Shown here: piece after piece, positions 48,172 to 59,883 of the stretch
Layout of the letters: each line of letters begins with the position of its first letter
Position numbering within the stretch: the first letter of the stretch is position 1
Assembly (NCBI GenBank): GCA_017991475.1
Contig: JAGOQK010000001.1
Span: 105,689 to 169,688, forward strand
Source of the DNA: Minisyncoccota bacterium
GTDB lineage: Bacteria > Patescibacteriota > Minisyncoccia > Phycocordibacterales > PALSA-1337
Direction of reading: 5' to 3'
DNA length: 64,000 nt
Position numbers and translations under genes: made by a program
The notes under the pieces: model-generated
What the model was told of the DNA's origin: nothing
Databases searched by the model: none
What the model saw: only the letters and a program-made list of their open reading frames with translations

Positions 48172-49560
48172 TTATTTCAACTCATACTCCTTCAGCCTCT
48201 CCGGTGCCACCGCCTCGAGATTCAACTCATCATTCAGCCTCTGAGATAGATGCATAGCCGCCTTTGGCTCCCCCATCACCACGAACACCTGTTTCAAACG
48301 ATCCGTCGCAGTTGCCACGAAATCAACTAGATGGTCACTATCCTTGTGTGCAGAATATCCATACAAAGTGTCAATATGCGCTTTCACATTAATAGATTGA
48401 TCATGTATCGTCACTTTCTTCGCACCATCAGCGAGCTTCCTGCCGAGAGATCCCGCCGTCTGATACCCAACAAGTAGTACAGTATTCTTGGGGTCCGGAA
48501 GATAGTCAGCCTCATGACTCACGACACGGCCGCCAACTGACATGCCTGAACCAGCGAGAATGATCTTTGCCCCCTTGAGGCGCTCAATATCACGAGACTC
48601 ATTCTGTGAAATAGTGAACTGCAAGTGTGGAAAATCAAAGATGTTGTCACCACCAGAGATCTGCTTCTGCACATGATCATTGAAAAGATTGGAATTGCCC
48701 TGATACACCTGCGTAGCTTTTATCGCCATCGGGGAATCCACGAACACTGGTACAGACGGGATCAGCTTCTTCTCAACAAGATTATTGAGCTCATAGAGGA
48801 GAAGTTGGGTGCGATCGATCGAGAACGCAGGAATGACGAGCGTACCACCACGGTTCAAGGTGTCATTGATGACTTTGGTGAACTGTTCAAGACGCTGTTC
48901 TCGCGATTCATGATTGCGGTCGCCATAAACGCTCTCCGTAATCATGTAGTCCACATCACCAACCTCCTCCGTATCTCTGAGGAGTGGCGCCGGCGAATTG
49001 CCCACATCACCAGTAAAAAGAATTTTCTGCGATTTCCTGACTGTCGACTGCTGACTGCTGACCGTTACTTCTATCATCGCCGACCCGAGAATATGTCCCG
49101 CATCCTTGAGAAATACCGAGACATCATCGGTGATTTTCGTCTGCTCATGGTAGGGGATCGTCTTCCAGAGTGGAAATACCGCCTGTACATCCTCCACATC
49201 GTACATAGGGACCGCCCCATTCTGCTTGGCATCCATTGCTAGAATATTCACCGCATCATTGAGTACCAACTCCGCGAGCTCACGGGTGACCGGTGTGGAA
49301 TATATTGGGCCACTATAGCCTTCCTTGATGAGCTTAGGAATCCTGCCCACATGGTCGAGATGCGCATGTGTGATGATGAGTGCGTCTATCTCTGAAATGT
49401 CATATCCAAAAGGTTTTGCATTCTCCTCAGTCGCAAACCTCTCTCCTTGCACCATTCCACAATCGATCAGGATCTTAGATTTCCCTGTGTCCAGGCGGAA
49501 ATTGGCACCGGTGACTGTGCTGACGCCCGTGAAAAATGTGAGTTTAGGATTTGTAGACAT
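48172..49560 (-). CDS. MBL-fold metallo-hydrolase of the beta-CASP / RNA-metabolising type
   Basis: HxHxDH motif (ITHAHLDHVG) and downstream beta-CASP-like motifs. 462 aa, with a tandem-repeat-encoded insertion (VSSQQSTVRKSQ). Confidence 0.75.
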   Translation of the reverse strand: MSTNPKLTFFTGVSTVTGANFRLDTGKSKILIDCGMVQGERFATEENAKPFGYDISEIDALIITHAHLDHVGRIPKLIKEGYSGPIYSTPVTRELAELVLNDAVNILAMDAKQNGAVPMYDVEDVQAVFPLWKTIPYHEQTKITDDVSVFLKDAGHILGSAMIEVTVSSQQSTVRKSQKILFTGDVGNSPAPLLRDTEEVGDVDYMITESVYGDRNHESREQRLEQFTKVINDTLNRGGTLVIPAFSIDRTQLLLYELNNLVEKKLIPSVPVFVDSPMAIKATQVYQGNSNLFNDHVQKQISGGDNIFDFPHLQFTISQNESRDIERLKGAKIILAGSGMSVGGRVVSHEADYLPDPKNTVLLVGYQTAGSLGRKLADGAKKVTIHDQSINVKAHIDTLYGYSAHKDSDHLVDFVATATDRLKQVFVVMGEPKAAMHLSQRLNDELNLEAVAPERLKEYELK

Positions 49561-49572
49561 ATTCTCGGTTTA

Positions 49573-49959
49573 TTACTTACTGATTTCTATTTTCGCTTTA
49601 CGGCCCAAAATCCACGCGACCACTGCCCCACCGAGCACATCATCAACCATATCTTTGACCGTATCGATGTAGTAGAGCTTGGTCCAGAGTGGATGTCCTG
49701 TCAGTTTATATACTATTTCGAATAATTCCCAGACAATGCCGATAACGATGACACCGAGAATAACATTTCTACGAGAAAATAGTGCGCCTTGACGATACGA
49801 ACGCAACAGTGCCGCGACGAAAAGACCAATACCTACACCACCTGCGATATGCATGAATACATCGTACCCATCGATCGTGTAATAGTATCCATCAAGACCA
49901 CTAATATGTGCACCGAGGACCAGAGCAAGAACAATAAAAGCTGAAATATATATGCGCAT
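49573..49959 (-). CDS. Small polytopic membrane protein (VanZ-like?)
   Basis: 128 aa with 3-4 TM helices. Preceded by a structured leader and a terminator. Confidence 0.5.
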   Translation of the reverse strand: MRIYISAFIVLALVLGAHISGLDGYYYTIDGYDVFMHIAGGVGIGLFVAALLRSYRQGALFSRRNVILGVIVIGIVWELFEIVYKLTGHPLWTKLYYIDTVKDMVDDVLGGAVVAWILGRKAKIEISK

Positions 49960-49992
49960 CGGTTAAGTATAGGTGTTTCTCGTTGATAAATC

Positions 49993-50015
49993 AAAAACCG
50001 CTCAATAATGAGCGG
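49993..50015 (-). terminator. Intrinsic terminator (CCGCUCA-uuau-UGAGCGG plus U5) 30 nt upstream of the membrane-protein start codon
   Basis: Read on the minus strand; a perfect 7-bp GC-rich stem followed by UUUUU. Confidence 0.6.
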
Positions 50016-50023
50016 TACTTGAT

Positions 50024-50155
50024 CGGTTACGAAGTATTATTAACCTAGTTAGACTAGGTGGGTGCCCGCAAGATCAGTGCCGAAGCACGATCTAATGTGA
50101 GCCGAAGCTCGTTGGGCTCCCAAAATATGTGGTATAGGATTTAATACTCCGTAAC
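50024..50155 (-). ncRNA. Candidate structured RNA / cis-regulatory leader (about 132 nt) closed by a 15-bp helix
   Basis: On the minus strand, the 5' GGUUACGGAGUAUUA pairs with the 3' UAAUACUUCGUAACC. Internal hairpins GAGC-UUCG-GCUC, GUGC-UUCG-GCAC and CCUAG-UCUAA-CUAGG. A GGAGG followed by an ATG-initiated 38-codon ORF (50048-50164) lies inside it. Confidence 0.35.
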
Positions 50156-50278
50156 CTGTACTCATTGTATTCCTCCTACACACAGATGCAAGTGCCTGAA
50201 GTAGTTACGACATTTTTTCTCACACGAGACAATGTTGACAAGTAGTTTTTTGACTTACGACTGTCGACTGGTGACTTT

Positions 50279-50890
50279 TTACTTACCGAGAATATCGTCA
50301 AGCGCGATGTCATAGACGATGTGCTCCATAACGAGATGATAGTCGATGAGCTCTTCTTTCCTGAACCAGTGTGCGATCTCATCTTCTGCTTCTTTAACAG
50401 TACCTGAAGCGTGTACAAGATTCCTGATAGAACGATTGTCAGCATCACTCATACGATACGAATCAAGCACGAGATCTCCACGGATGGTTCCGACATCAGA
50501 AGTGACCGGCTCTGTGCCTCCAGTAAGCTTACGTACAACCTCTACCGCATGCGCACCTTCCCAGACGATGGCGATGATAGGTCCCTTGGTCATATATTCG
50601 ACGAGCCTAGTCAATATCTTGGCAGTAATCTTGAGCGGATCCATCTCTGGAGGTGTCAAACCTTTGTCTTGGTAGCCTTTGATCGTTTTGAGGCCAGTCT
50701 TCACGCGCCATTCCGAATCCAGCGTGTAGTGCTTCTCGATGAGCTCGGCAGTGGGGACCATCATCTTGATGCCGACCATTTTGAGTCCTATGCGCTCATA
50801 GCGTCCGATGAGCTCTGCAATGAGTGTTCGCTGGATACCATCTGGCTTGATAATCACAAGTGTCCTCTCCTTTTTTGGATGTGTTGTCAT
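50279..50890 (-). CDS. ndk: Nucleoside diphosphate kinase (with an internal insertion of about 55 aa)
   Basis: N-terminal ERTLVIIKPDG and active-site region NLVHASGTVKEAEDEIAHWF. 203 aa against a typical ~140. Confidence 0.75.
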   Translation of the reverse strand: MTTHPKKERTLVIIKPDGIQRTLIAELIGRYERIGLKMVGIKMMVPTAELIEKHYTLDSEWRVKTGLKTIKGYQDKGLTPPEMDPLKITAKILTRLVEYMTKGPIIAIVWEGAHAVEVVRKLTGGTEPVTSDVGTIRGDLVLDSYRMSDADNRSIRNLVHASGTVKEAEDEIAHWFRKEELIDYHLVMEHIVYDIALDDILGK

Positions 50891-50944
50891 GGGGTCATTG
50901 TAGTGCGTCGGGAGCGGAGGTGCAAGTCAAAACCAACTTTTTAT

Positions 50945-51409
50945 CTATGCTTCGGGAACCTGCCCTGCATTTTCAAACGAGTTATAGCTCTTTATGAGAA
51001 AACTTACTAGCCCAATAAAATATATCAGGAAAACTAGAGGTGAAAATCCGGCAAGAAGCGCTTCTCTTCCTGTATTACACAAATGCCAACCATTGGAACC
51101 TACCAAGACTTGAAAAAACTGATAGGTTCCGGTCCCATCTCCACAATCGCCAGTATTCATCAAAACGGTGAGAATATGAATACCAAGAAGACTGAAAATC
51201 ATGCTTTTCGATACAAATAGATCCCTCCTATTCTTTGAAACAAGATTTGCAATCAACAATACAAGCGTACAAATCACAAATAACAATGCGGTGCCCGGCA
51301 ATACAAAAACAAACGCAGTCCATCCCCCACTTGTAAATACAAAACTGGCGACCGCTAAAATCGCGTACACGATAAACATTCCAAAAAAGAACCATTTATT
51401 TATTTTCAT
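50945..51409 (-). CDS. Hypothetical polytopic membrane protein
   Basis: 154 aa with 4 TM helices. Confidence 0.5.
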   Translation of the reverse strand: MKINKWFFFGMFIVYAILAVASFVFTSGGWTAFVFVLPGTALLFVICTLVLLIANLVSKNRRDLFVSKSMIFSLLGIHILTVLMNTGDCGDGTGTYQFFQVLVGSNGWHLCNTGREALLAGFSPLVFLIYFIGLVSFLIKSYNSFENAGQVPEA

Positions 51410-51424
51410 AGTTGTTAAATTATA

Positions 51425-52192
51425 TCAAGCAGTCAAAATCTCCGCCCCTTTCTCCGTAATCACCACTGTATGCTCAAAATGCGCACTAGCCTTTCCGTCT
51501 GCTGTCCTATAAGTATATCCATCCGCATCCAGTTTGATTTTCTTGGTACCAAGATTAAACATCGGCTCAATAGCGATGACCATTCCTGCCTTGAGTAACT
51601 CACCCTTCCCCGCATGACCGAAATTTGGCACATACGGATCCTCATGAACATGATATCCAACACCATGACCTGCAAGTTCTTCGACAATTCCATATTTATT
51701 AGCAACACCCACTTGCTGAATAGCGGCACTGATATCGCCCACACGAGCACCCGCCTTAGCAGCTTTAATTCCCGCCATGAGTGCCTCCTTGGTCGTCGCG
51801 AGTAGTTTCTCGAGTTCTGGCTTGATCTTCCCTACTGCGACAGTGATCGCACCATCGGTGATGAGCTTCTTGTGCACGAGTCCAAGATCAATACTTACAA
51901 CATCGCCTTCTTTGAGCACTTTGTCACCTTCTGTTGGGATACCATGAACAATCTCATCATTGATCGAGACACAGAGAGTTGCCGGATACGGGCGAGATGC
52001 GCCGTATGGCTGATAATTCAAAAATGCCGCAGTATCTCCTCCTTCACGGATGAGTTCTACAGCTTTCTCGTCGAGCTTTGCGATATGTACACCTGGCTTC
52101 GCCAGCTTGGCAACTTCCTTGAGAATATGTGCATGACGCTTACCTCCTTCGCGGAGAATAGCGATATCTTCTTTAGTCTTAATGTTTATCAC
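51425..52192 (-). CDS. map: Methionine aminopeptidase, type I
   Basis: Pita-bread fold with metal ligands (D..D..H..E..E pattern: GDVVSIDLG, HGIP, E in VIAIEPM). 255 aa. Confidence 0.85.
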   Translation of the reverse strand: MINIKTKEDIAILREGGKRHAHILKEVAKLAKPGVHIAKLDEKAVELIREGGDTAAFLNYQPYGASRPYPATLCVSINDEIVHGIPTEGDKVLKEGDVVSIDLGLVHKKLITDGAITVAVGKIKPELEKLLATTKEALMAGIKAAKAGARVGDISAAIQQVGVANKYGIVEELAGHGVGYHVHEDPYVPNFGHAGKGELLKAGMVIAIEPMFNLGTKKIKLDADGYTYRTADGKASAHFEHTVVITEKGAEILTA

Positions 52193-52201
52193 TCCCCTAA
52201 A

Positions 52202-52813
52202 TTACACCAAACCGACCTTTTTTACAATATCAGCATGCACCTCGTCAATACTCCTCTCTCCATCAATATCCAAGAATCTGACGTTGGGATTGCTGCGATA
52301 AAACTCAACAGAAGGCCTCACATCGTTATCAAACCATGCCATGCGCTTCTTGATAGCTTCCTCCGTATCATCTGCCCTACCGCGGCCTTGGAGACGCCTG
52401 GTGGACTCTTCGTGGTCAACATCGAGGTAGATGACCCATGGCTTGTCGATACCGTAGAATGGAAACAGAGAATCGAGCACCTTGGCCTCCATGAGCTTGC
52501 GCGGTGTACCATCGAAAATAGTCGTCTCCTGACCAGTGAATCCTCCCACGAACAGCTTGCCCCAGAGGTACATCGGCATGAATTCGGGCATGAGACCTCC
52601 CTCAGCAAGCACTTTCTTGGTCAAAGCGGCAGAATAATTGTCCTCCTTCGCAAATTTGCGGAGCTCATTGCCACTCTCAACATGCAAAATCTTGATAGTC
52701 GGATTTGCTGCTCTCAATTTCTTGGTCAGAAGCTCTGCCTGCGTCCCCTTCCCGCATCCCGATCGACCGATAAAGATATACGCTTGAAGTTTCTGTGTGG
52801 TGTTATTCTGCAT
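52202..52813 (-). CDS. adk: Adenylate kinase
   Basis: P-loop GRSGCGKGTQ and NMP-binding/LID features. 203 aa. Confidence 0.8.
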   Translation of the reverse strand: MQNNTTQKLQAYIFIGRSGCGKGTQAELLTKKLRAANPTIKILHVESGNELRKFAKEDNYSAALTKKVLAEGGLMPEFMPMYLWGKLFVGGFTGQETTIFDGTPRKLMEAKVLDSLFPFYGIDKPWVIYLDVDHEESTRRLQGRGRADDTEEAIKKRMAWFDNDVRPSVEFYRSNPNVRFLDIDGERSIDEVHADIVKKVGLV

Positions 52814-52923
52814 GGTTTTTGTATTCGTCCCAGTGTACCTTTTTAGCGAGCGCCTGACAAGAAAATCCCCGCTTTGGGCGGGAATTTTCTCTACTGGACC
52901 ACTTCATTCACGAACCGTCGAGA

Positions 52924-55900
52924 TTAGTACCCGAAGAAGTACGCCTTAAAAGTATCGACCAAAGCAGCTGTGAGTGTCGGTCGTCTCATAGGATCAATAA
53001 CATCGTTGAAGTTCAATCCGACATACGAGGTCTTGAAGCCGTCAAGACTTGTGTATGTATTTTCAGGTATAGAATCATCGGCCACACCCCACTTGATGCC
53101 GGTGAGCGAAGTTCGGTATTGTCCGGCAGTATACGTGCCGCCGAGCTGGACATTGACTGTCAGTGTGAAGGTTTCCGATGTGCCTTCTTCTATAACAAAG
53201 TTTCCTGTGGATGTCTTGGTCCAATCCGTATCATTTGTGATGACAGCCGATATTGCTGACGCAGCCACGGGTACGCCTGCCCTGTCAACGATGTAATTCA
53301 CGGCCATATTGGTCGCTGACGGGATATAGACATCTCCACCATTCGCTGTCACCTTGTATTTAATTCTGAATATGCCTGTATCGTCATTAGCGCCGGTTCC
53401 GGCCGATACCGTGGTGTCGGCTGAAATGAACTGTGCCACAACACTCGGTTGTACGGACGCAAAATCCACATAGAACACGAGGTTGCTCGTGCCGAGAGTC
53501 TGAGCGCCCGTTACGGTCGGTCGCTTGGTCGTATCTGCCCCTGTCGGGAATGATCCATACCATCGTGCAGCGTATGTTCCAGGGCCACTCGATGAAACTG
53601 TACGAGAACAAGTACCCGAGACCACACCCTTCGGCGTCGACAAACTAACGGCACAAGCGGACGGAATTTCGTTCACAGCGAGCACTCTGCCGTCGAGGCG
53701 AGATATGATCGAAACTGTTGGTGTAGATGGAGCTGGTGTTGTTGAGGCTGACTTGAAATCAACATAGAAGGTGACCGGATTCTCGCCCGCTGGACGATTG
53801 CCCAGGAAGCGGACTGGAGTTATTGTTGGTGCTTTGGTCGTATCCGCACCTGCGGGATATCCATTTTCCCATTTAAGTGTATATGTCCCCGCTGACTGGT
53901 TGGTCAGACTTCGCGCGCACCCAGCGGTATTGCTACCAGAAGGACCTGTGAGGGTCGATACGCACGGAGCGGCATTCGAGGGATTGAGCGCGCTTCCGTC
54001 GAGGCGAGTGATGATATTGATAACACCAGAAAACGGCGCAACTGCCGACGACACCACGTTCAGAGATCCACTCGTAAGTTTCGTGCCGCCGCTACTGTAT
54101 ACCGTGACTTCATACTTGCCTGCGTCGAGCGCGGGCGATACCGTCACTGACCATTTTCCACTGGTTACCGGTATCAATCCACTGCCATATACCTTGCCTC
54201 CGCTATTACTCAACACGACACCGACGCCGGTATTTCCGCTTACCGTTCCACTGATGACAGGATTCGAGGAAGTAGTTTGTGTATCACTAGTAATGGTTGC
54301 TGATGACTTAGGATTACTTGAAACAACATTGATATACGCATCACTCGTATCCCTTACATCTGGATCACTTTCAAGAAAAACGATTGTCCTGTACAGGCCT
54401 GGCACCAGCGTAAGTGCTGTTCCCGGACATTTATACCCGGCAACTAGACTCAAATTTATGGAGTTAGCATAACTTGAAATACTGCCAATCCTACACACTG
54501 CACCGCTTGGAAACTCTAGCCCTGTCCACAGCACTTGCTCTGGCTGATTGGCCAAAGTTTGGGATGACCACCTCAAAGGAATCGTCTGTCCGAGAGCGAA
54601 TGACTCTCCGCCATTTGGTGAAATAATCGTGAGGTTCGATGAGTACGATGGGATGCATGTAGCATTGACACTAGCTCTTGTGATTGCGCCAAAATAGCCG
54701 GTAGCCTCGACCCCGATGCTTTTCTGATACTCCTTTAAAGCTTGGAATGTTGCATAACCGAAATATCCCTTATTCGCACTACTACCGAGAGTCAGGTCCC
54801 CAATAGTGAACCCCTTTGCGAGCAGAAAATTCTGCAGATTTTCTACATCCTTGCTTCCACGGACATCGCGAGAACCTAACCGAAGATCTCTGGTAAAAGT
54901 ATAGCAAGGGGTAGGAGTTCCGTCATTTTTTATTTCAAAGAATAATGGGTTACTCCAGTCACTATCATTCGTTGAGGCTGCAATATAGTAATCCCCATTC
55001 GGAAGGATTTCATCGCCGGGTAAAACAAATGATATTTCTGAGCCTATACTACTTGGCACTTCAGAAATCTGATAAATTGAATTATTATTACTATCTCTTA
55101 TCTCAACCCAATTATTCTCCAATGAAAAACCTTGGCCAGATATTTTTATTGTCTGACCTTGTTTGGAAAAGAGATTACCTAATGCGGCGAGTTGATTTGC
55201 ATTATTTGATACTGCGGTGGTGTCATTTATAACGGGAGATTTCGCTGCGAGTATAGGATTCCCTGATTTAGCTATTTCATAGCGCAATAAACTACCACCA
55301 TCTTCACTAACAAATTTAGGTGTTACATCTGTTACTGAATTTCCTTTTGCAACAACTTTTTTTACACACTGCTTCTTATTGCACAATAAAGGAATAGTAT
55401 CTACTTCGGTATACCTGTTATCTCCTGACACAATAACTTGACCAGGTTCAGAAATTTCACCAGAAATACTGAGGATATTTACATATTTCTTATTCGGGTC
55501 TCCGCCAATAAAAGCAAGGGACGTCTTGGATGATGCTGATTTTTTAGTAATAATCTCCTCTTCTATATTAATGCTTGTTCCATAACTTCTTTTAATCAGC
55601 TGATTCAAACTACCCAGGAGACTCTGCCCTCCATAGGAAGTGATTGAATCTGGTCCATCTTGTATTATCGTCTCCGTGTCACAAGATATACCCCCATTTC
55701 CCTTTTGAACTTTAGTAAGAATACTACCGTTCCACGAGGAACCTGTAGTGATTTTCTTATTTTCACACATATGCTCGGTCGTAAATGATGCAGTATAAAG
55801 TCCAACAAAAAGACTACTTCCGGTATCATTTTCTGCCAAAAGCTTTGCGAGAGCCAGCTGATCCTTTACACTAAAGGTTCCTTTACTAGTAAAACTACCA

Positions 55901-56085
55901 GATGTGTTTGGTGCTTGAGATATGATATTAGTAGTTTCACTCAGAAATGCATAATTTAAAAATACTATTGATTTAGGCACATCGGTCACCTGTGCTCTCA
56001 CCTTCTGTGGCACACTAGCTACAACAAACACCGCCAGCGAAAAGAGTGCGAGCGGGATGATAAACGAACCGAGTAATTTTTTCAT
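52924..56085 (-). CDS. Large secreted protein (1053 aa) with a putative peptidoglycan-binding domain
   Basis: Signal peptide MKKLLGSFIIPLALFSLAVFVVASVPQKVRA. A central PG_binding_1-like segment (YTFTRDLRLGS...LQNFLLAKGF...GYFGYATFQALKEYQK). Ser/Thr/Gly-rich beta-type repeats in the C-terminal half. Confidence 0.65.
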   Translation of the reverse strand: MKKLLGSFIIPLALFSLAVFVVASVPQKVRAQVTDVPKSIVFLNYAFLSETTNIISQAPNTSGSFTSKGTFSVKDQLALAKLLAENDTGSSLFVGLYTASFTTEHMCENKKITTGSSWNGSILTKVQKGNGGISCDTETIIQDGPDSITSYGGQSLLGSLNQLIKRSYGTSINIEEEIITKKSASSKTSLAFIGGDPNKKYVNILSISGEISEPGQVIVSGDNRYTEVDTIPLLCNKKQCVKKVVAKGNSVTDVTPKFVSEDGGSLLRYEIAKSGNPILAAKSPVINDTTAVSNNANQLAALGNLFSKQGQTIKISGQGFSLENNWVEIRDSNNNSIYQISEVPSSIGSEISFVLPGDEILPNGDYYIAASTNDSDWSNPLFFEIKNDGTPTPCYTFTRDLRLGSRDVRGSKDVENLQNFLLAKGFTIGDLTLGSSANKGYFGYATFQALKEYQKSIGVEATGYFGAITRASVNATCIPSYSSNLTIISPNGGESFALGQTIPLRWSSQTLANQPEQVLWTGLEFPSGAVCRIGSISSYANSINLSLVAGYKCPGTALTLVPGLYRTIVFLESDPDVRDTSDAYINVVSSNPKSSATITSDTQTTSSNPVISGTVSGNTGVGVVLSNSGGKVYGSGLIPVTSGKWSVTVSPALDAGKYEVTVYSSGGTKLTSGSLNVVSSAVAPFSGVINIITRLDGSALNPSNAAPCVSTLTGPSGSNTAGCARSLTNQSAGTYTLKWENGYPAGADTTKAPTITPVRFLGNRPAGENPVTFYVDFKSASTTPAPSTPTVSIISRLDGRVLAVNEIPSACAVSLSTPKGVVSGTCSRTVSSSGPGTYAARWYGSFPTGADTTKRPTVTGAQTLGTSNLVFYVDFASVQPSVVAQFISADTTVSAGTGANDDTGIFRIKYKVTANGGDVYIPSATNMAVNYIVDRAGVPVAASAISAVITNDTDWTKTSTGNFVIEEGTSETFTLTVNVQLGGTYTAGQYRTSLTGIKWGVADDSIPENTYTSLDGFKTSYVGLNFNDVIDPMRRPTLTAALVDTFKAYFFGY

Positions 56086-56488
56086 TCTCTGAGAGAGTTA
56101 GTGCTAGTAATAAAAATACAAAACTTAGTTGCTTGTAGAATTATAGCCCCTACTGAGGGGCTATACAAAAGGATAACTAGACTACCCCGCCATCACTGCT
56201 TGCATTGCCGGTGAAGTAAATGTGAGCCATGCGAGCGCAGTGAGTACGAATACATATTTGAAATGGTCCTTGGAGAAAACTGCTTTGTGATCGATCAACA
56301 TGATGATGGTTGTGTTAGCGAGCTGAATAATGCACATCTCCGATAACGGAGAAAGGCACGCCTCACTGAGAGGTCATGCCTTGGGTAGTGAGGATAGTAT
56401 AGCAAGAGGGAAAATTCCTGCAAATAGAGTTATCCCCACCGGAACTACTCCGTAATAACACACGTGCGTTGCCCGCAAGCGCAAATAC

Positions 56489-57109
56489 CTAGTTCCCCGA
56501 TGCTCCAGCATCTGCTGAAACATTGGTACCTACAGTGCTCTTCAAGGCTCCATGTATAGCCCTCACGAATACCGCCTTGGTCGTATTCGTAAGTTTAGCT
56601 TCCCCTTCGACACCCATATCTGATGTTCCGATAGTAGCATTTATCTTTGACTGGACCGCGACTTCAGCACCAGCATCATCCGCACTAACTAGGAAGTAAT
56701 ACCAGGGATGCGAGACTTTCACATCACCACGAGCGTCAACAGTAGTTCTGACATTCATGCCCATAGGAATGAACCCGAAAAGCCGTGCAGGAACCTTGTA
56801 CCAGAGACTTACTGATGAGTCATCACTTTCTACTTTCGTCACATTATCATCTGAACTCACCTCAGCAGCAAGCGTAGTATCTATATCCGCACTTGTAGAT
56901 GTTTCCGATGTCTGATCGCCCTTATAGACGCGACCATCGCCATTCACATCAACATTGAGACCACCTGACGTGCTCGATGACACAAGCTCTGCCTGCATGT
57001 CAGCCTTGACATCGATCGAGAGGGGCGCACCGATTTCTACAGCCGCCTGAGCAGGGAGTGCACACATGAGAGCCAGAAGCGCGAATATAAAACTGTGTGA
57101 TTTGTTCAT
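56489..57109 (-). CDS. Secreted hypothetical protein (signal peptide)
   Basis: MNKSHSFIFALLALMCALPAQA signal peptide, then an acidic Ser/Thr/Asp-rich domain. 206 aa. Confidence 0.55.
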   Translation of the reverse strand: MNKSHSFIFALLALMCALPAQAAVEIGAPLSIDVKADMQAELVSSSTSGGLNVDVNGDGRVYKGDQTSETSTSADIDTTLAAEVSSDDNVTKVESDDSSVSLWYKVPARLFGFIPMGMNVRTTVDARGDVKVSHPWYYFLVSADDAGAEVAVQSKINATIGTSDMGVEGEAKLTNTTKAVFVRAIHGALKSTVGTNVSADAGASGN

Positions 57110-57232
57110 AAATAGTAGTTAATTATATCTAATAACCCCATACTATGACGGATATGAACCCCACTTATTACAAAAATATTACAGAAACACCAATCTTTTA
57201 TTCGATAGCAGCAAAGTAATGTGCTAGAAATA

Positions 57233-57262
57233 GTAAAAAATCGCACTTCTGCGATTTTTTAC
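57233..57262. terminator. Bidirectional intrinsic terminator downstream of fusA
   Basis: AAAAAATCGCA-cttc-TGCGATTTTTT. Confidence 0.7.
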
Positions 57263-57282
57263 TACCTTACTTTCTTACTATT

Positions 57283-59448
<2,166 letters not shown>

Positions 59449-59490
59449 AGAAATCTTTAAAATTAAATATTAAATCTCAAATCTAATAAA

Positions 59491-59847
59491 CTATCCCTTA
59501 TTCTTCTTCATAGTGATGATACTGGCTCCAAGAATATTCGCTATTTCCGTTGTCTCCTCAAGGATACTATTCGCCTGATTTTTCGGTAGCTTCCCTGTAT
59601 CTCGAGCTAAACCTATCCATAGTTTTGATTCATTAGCCGATTTCAAACTATGAGTATAGAAGTTTATGTAATCCTTTCGGGAGCTTGCTCCTTTTGCTTC
59701 TACTATGTTTGCTACAACTGATGTTCCACTTCTTATCAATTGATTAGCTATAGCTCGTGCAGATACATCCTTCGCAAATCCATCCACACATTTTACTATA
59801 CTTACTGCATACTTGTATAATCTTTGATCAAACTCCTTCTTTATCAT
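59491..59847 (-). CDS. Four-helix-bundle protein (23S rRNA intervening-sequence protein family), inserted between rpsG and fusA
   Basis: 118-aa all-helical protein with the family's AVSIVKCVDGF...ANIVEAKGASSRKDYINFYTHSLKSANES pattern. Confidence 0.6.
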   Translation of the reverse strand: MIKKEFDQRLYKYAVSIVKCVDGFAKDVSARAIANQLIRSGTSVVANIVEAKGASSRKDYINFYTHSLKSANESKLWIGLARDTGKLPKNQANSILEETTEIANILGASIITMKKNKG

Positions 59848-59883
59848 TTTTAAGATTTAAAATTTGATCTTAAAGATTAAAAC

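Noticed and set aside
56182-56337. Possible 51-codon minus-strand ORF (MCIIQLANTTIIMLIDHKAVFSKDHFKYVFVLTALAWLTFTSPAMQAVMAG) in the spacer between the two secreted-protein genes
   Set aside because: It is below the size cutoff and the SD is weak or too close (GGAG abutting the ATG). It has a single hydrophobic stretch and could be a real small membrane protein, but it is not supportable from sequence alone.
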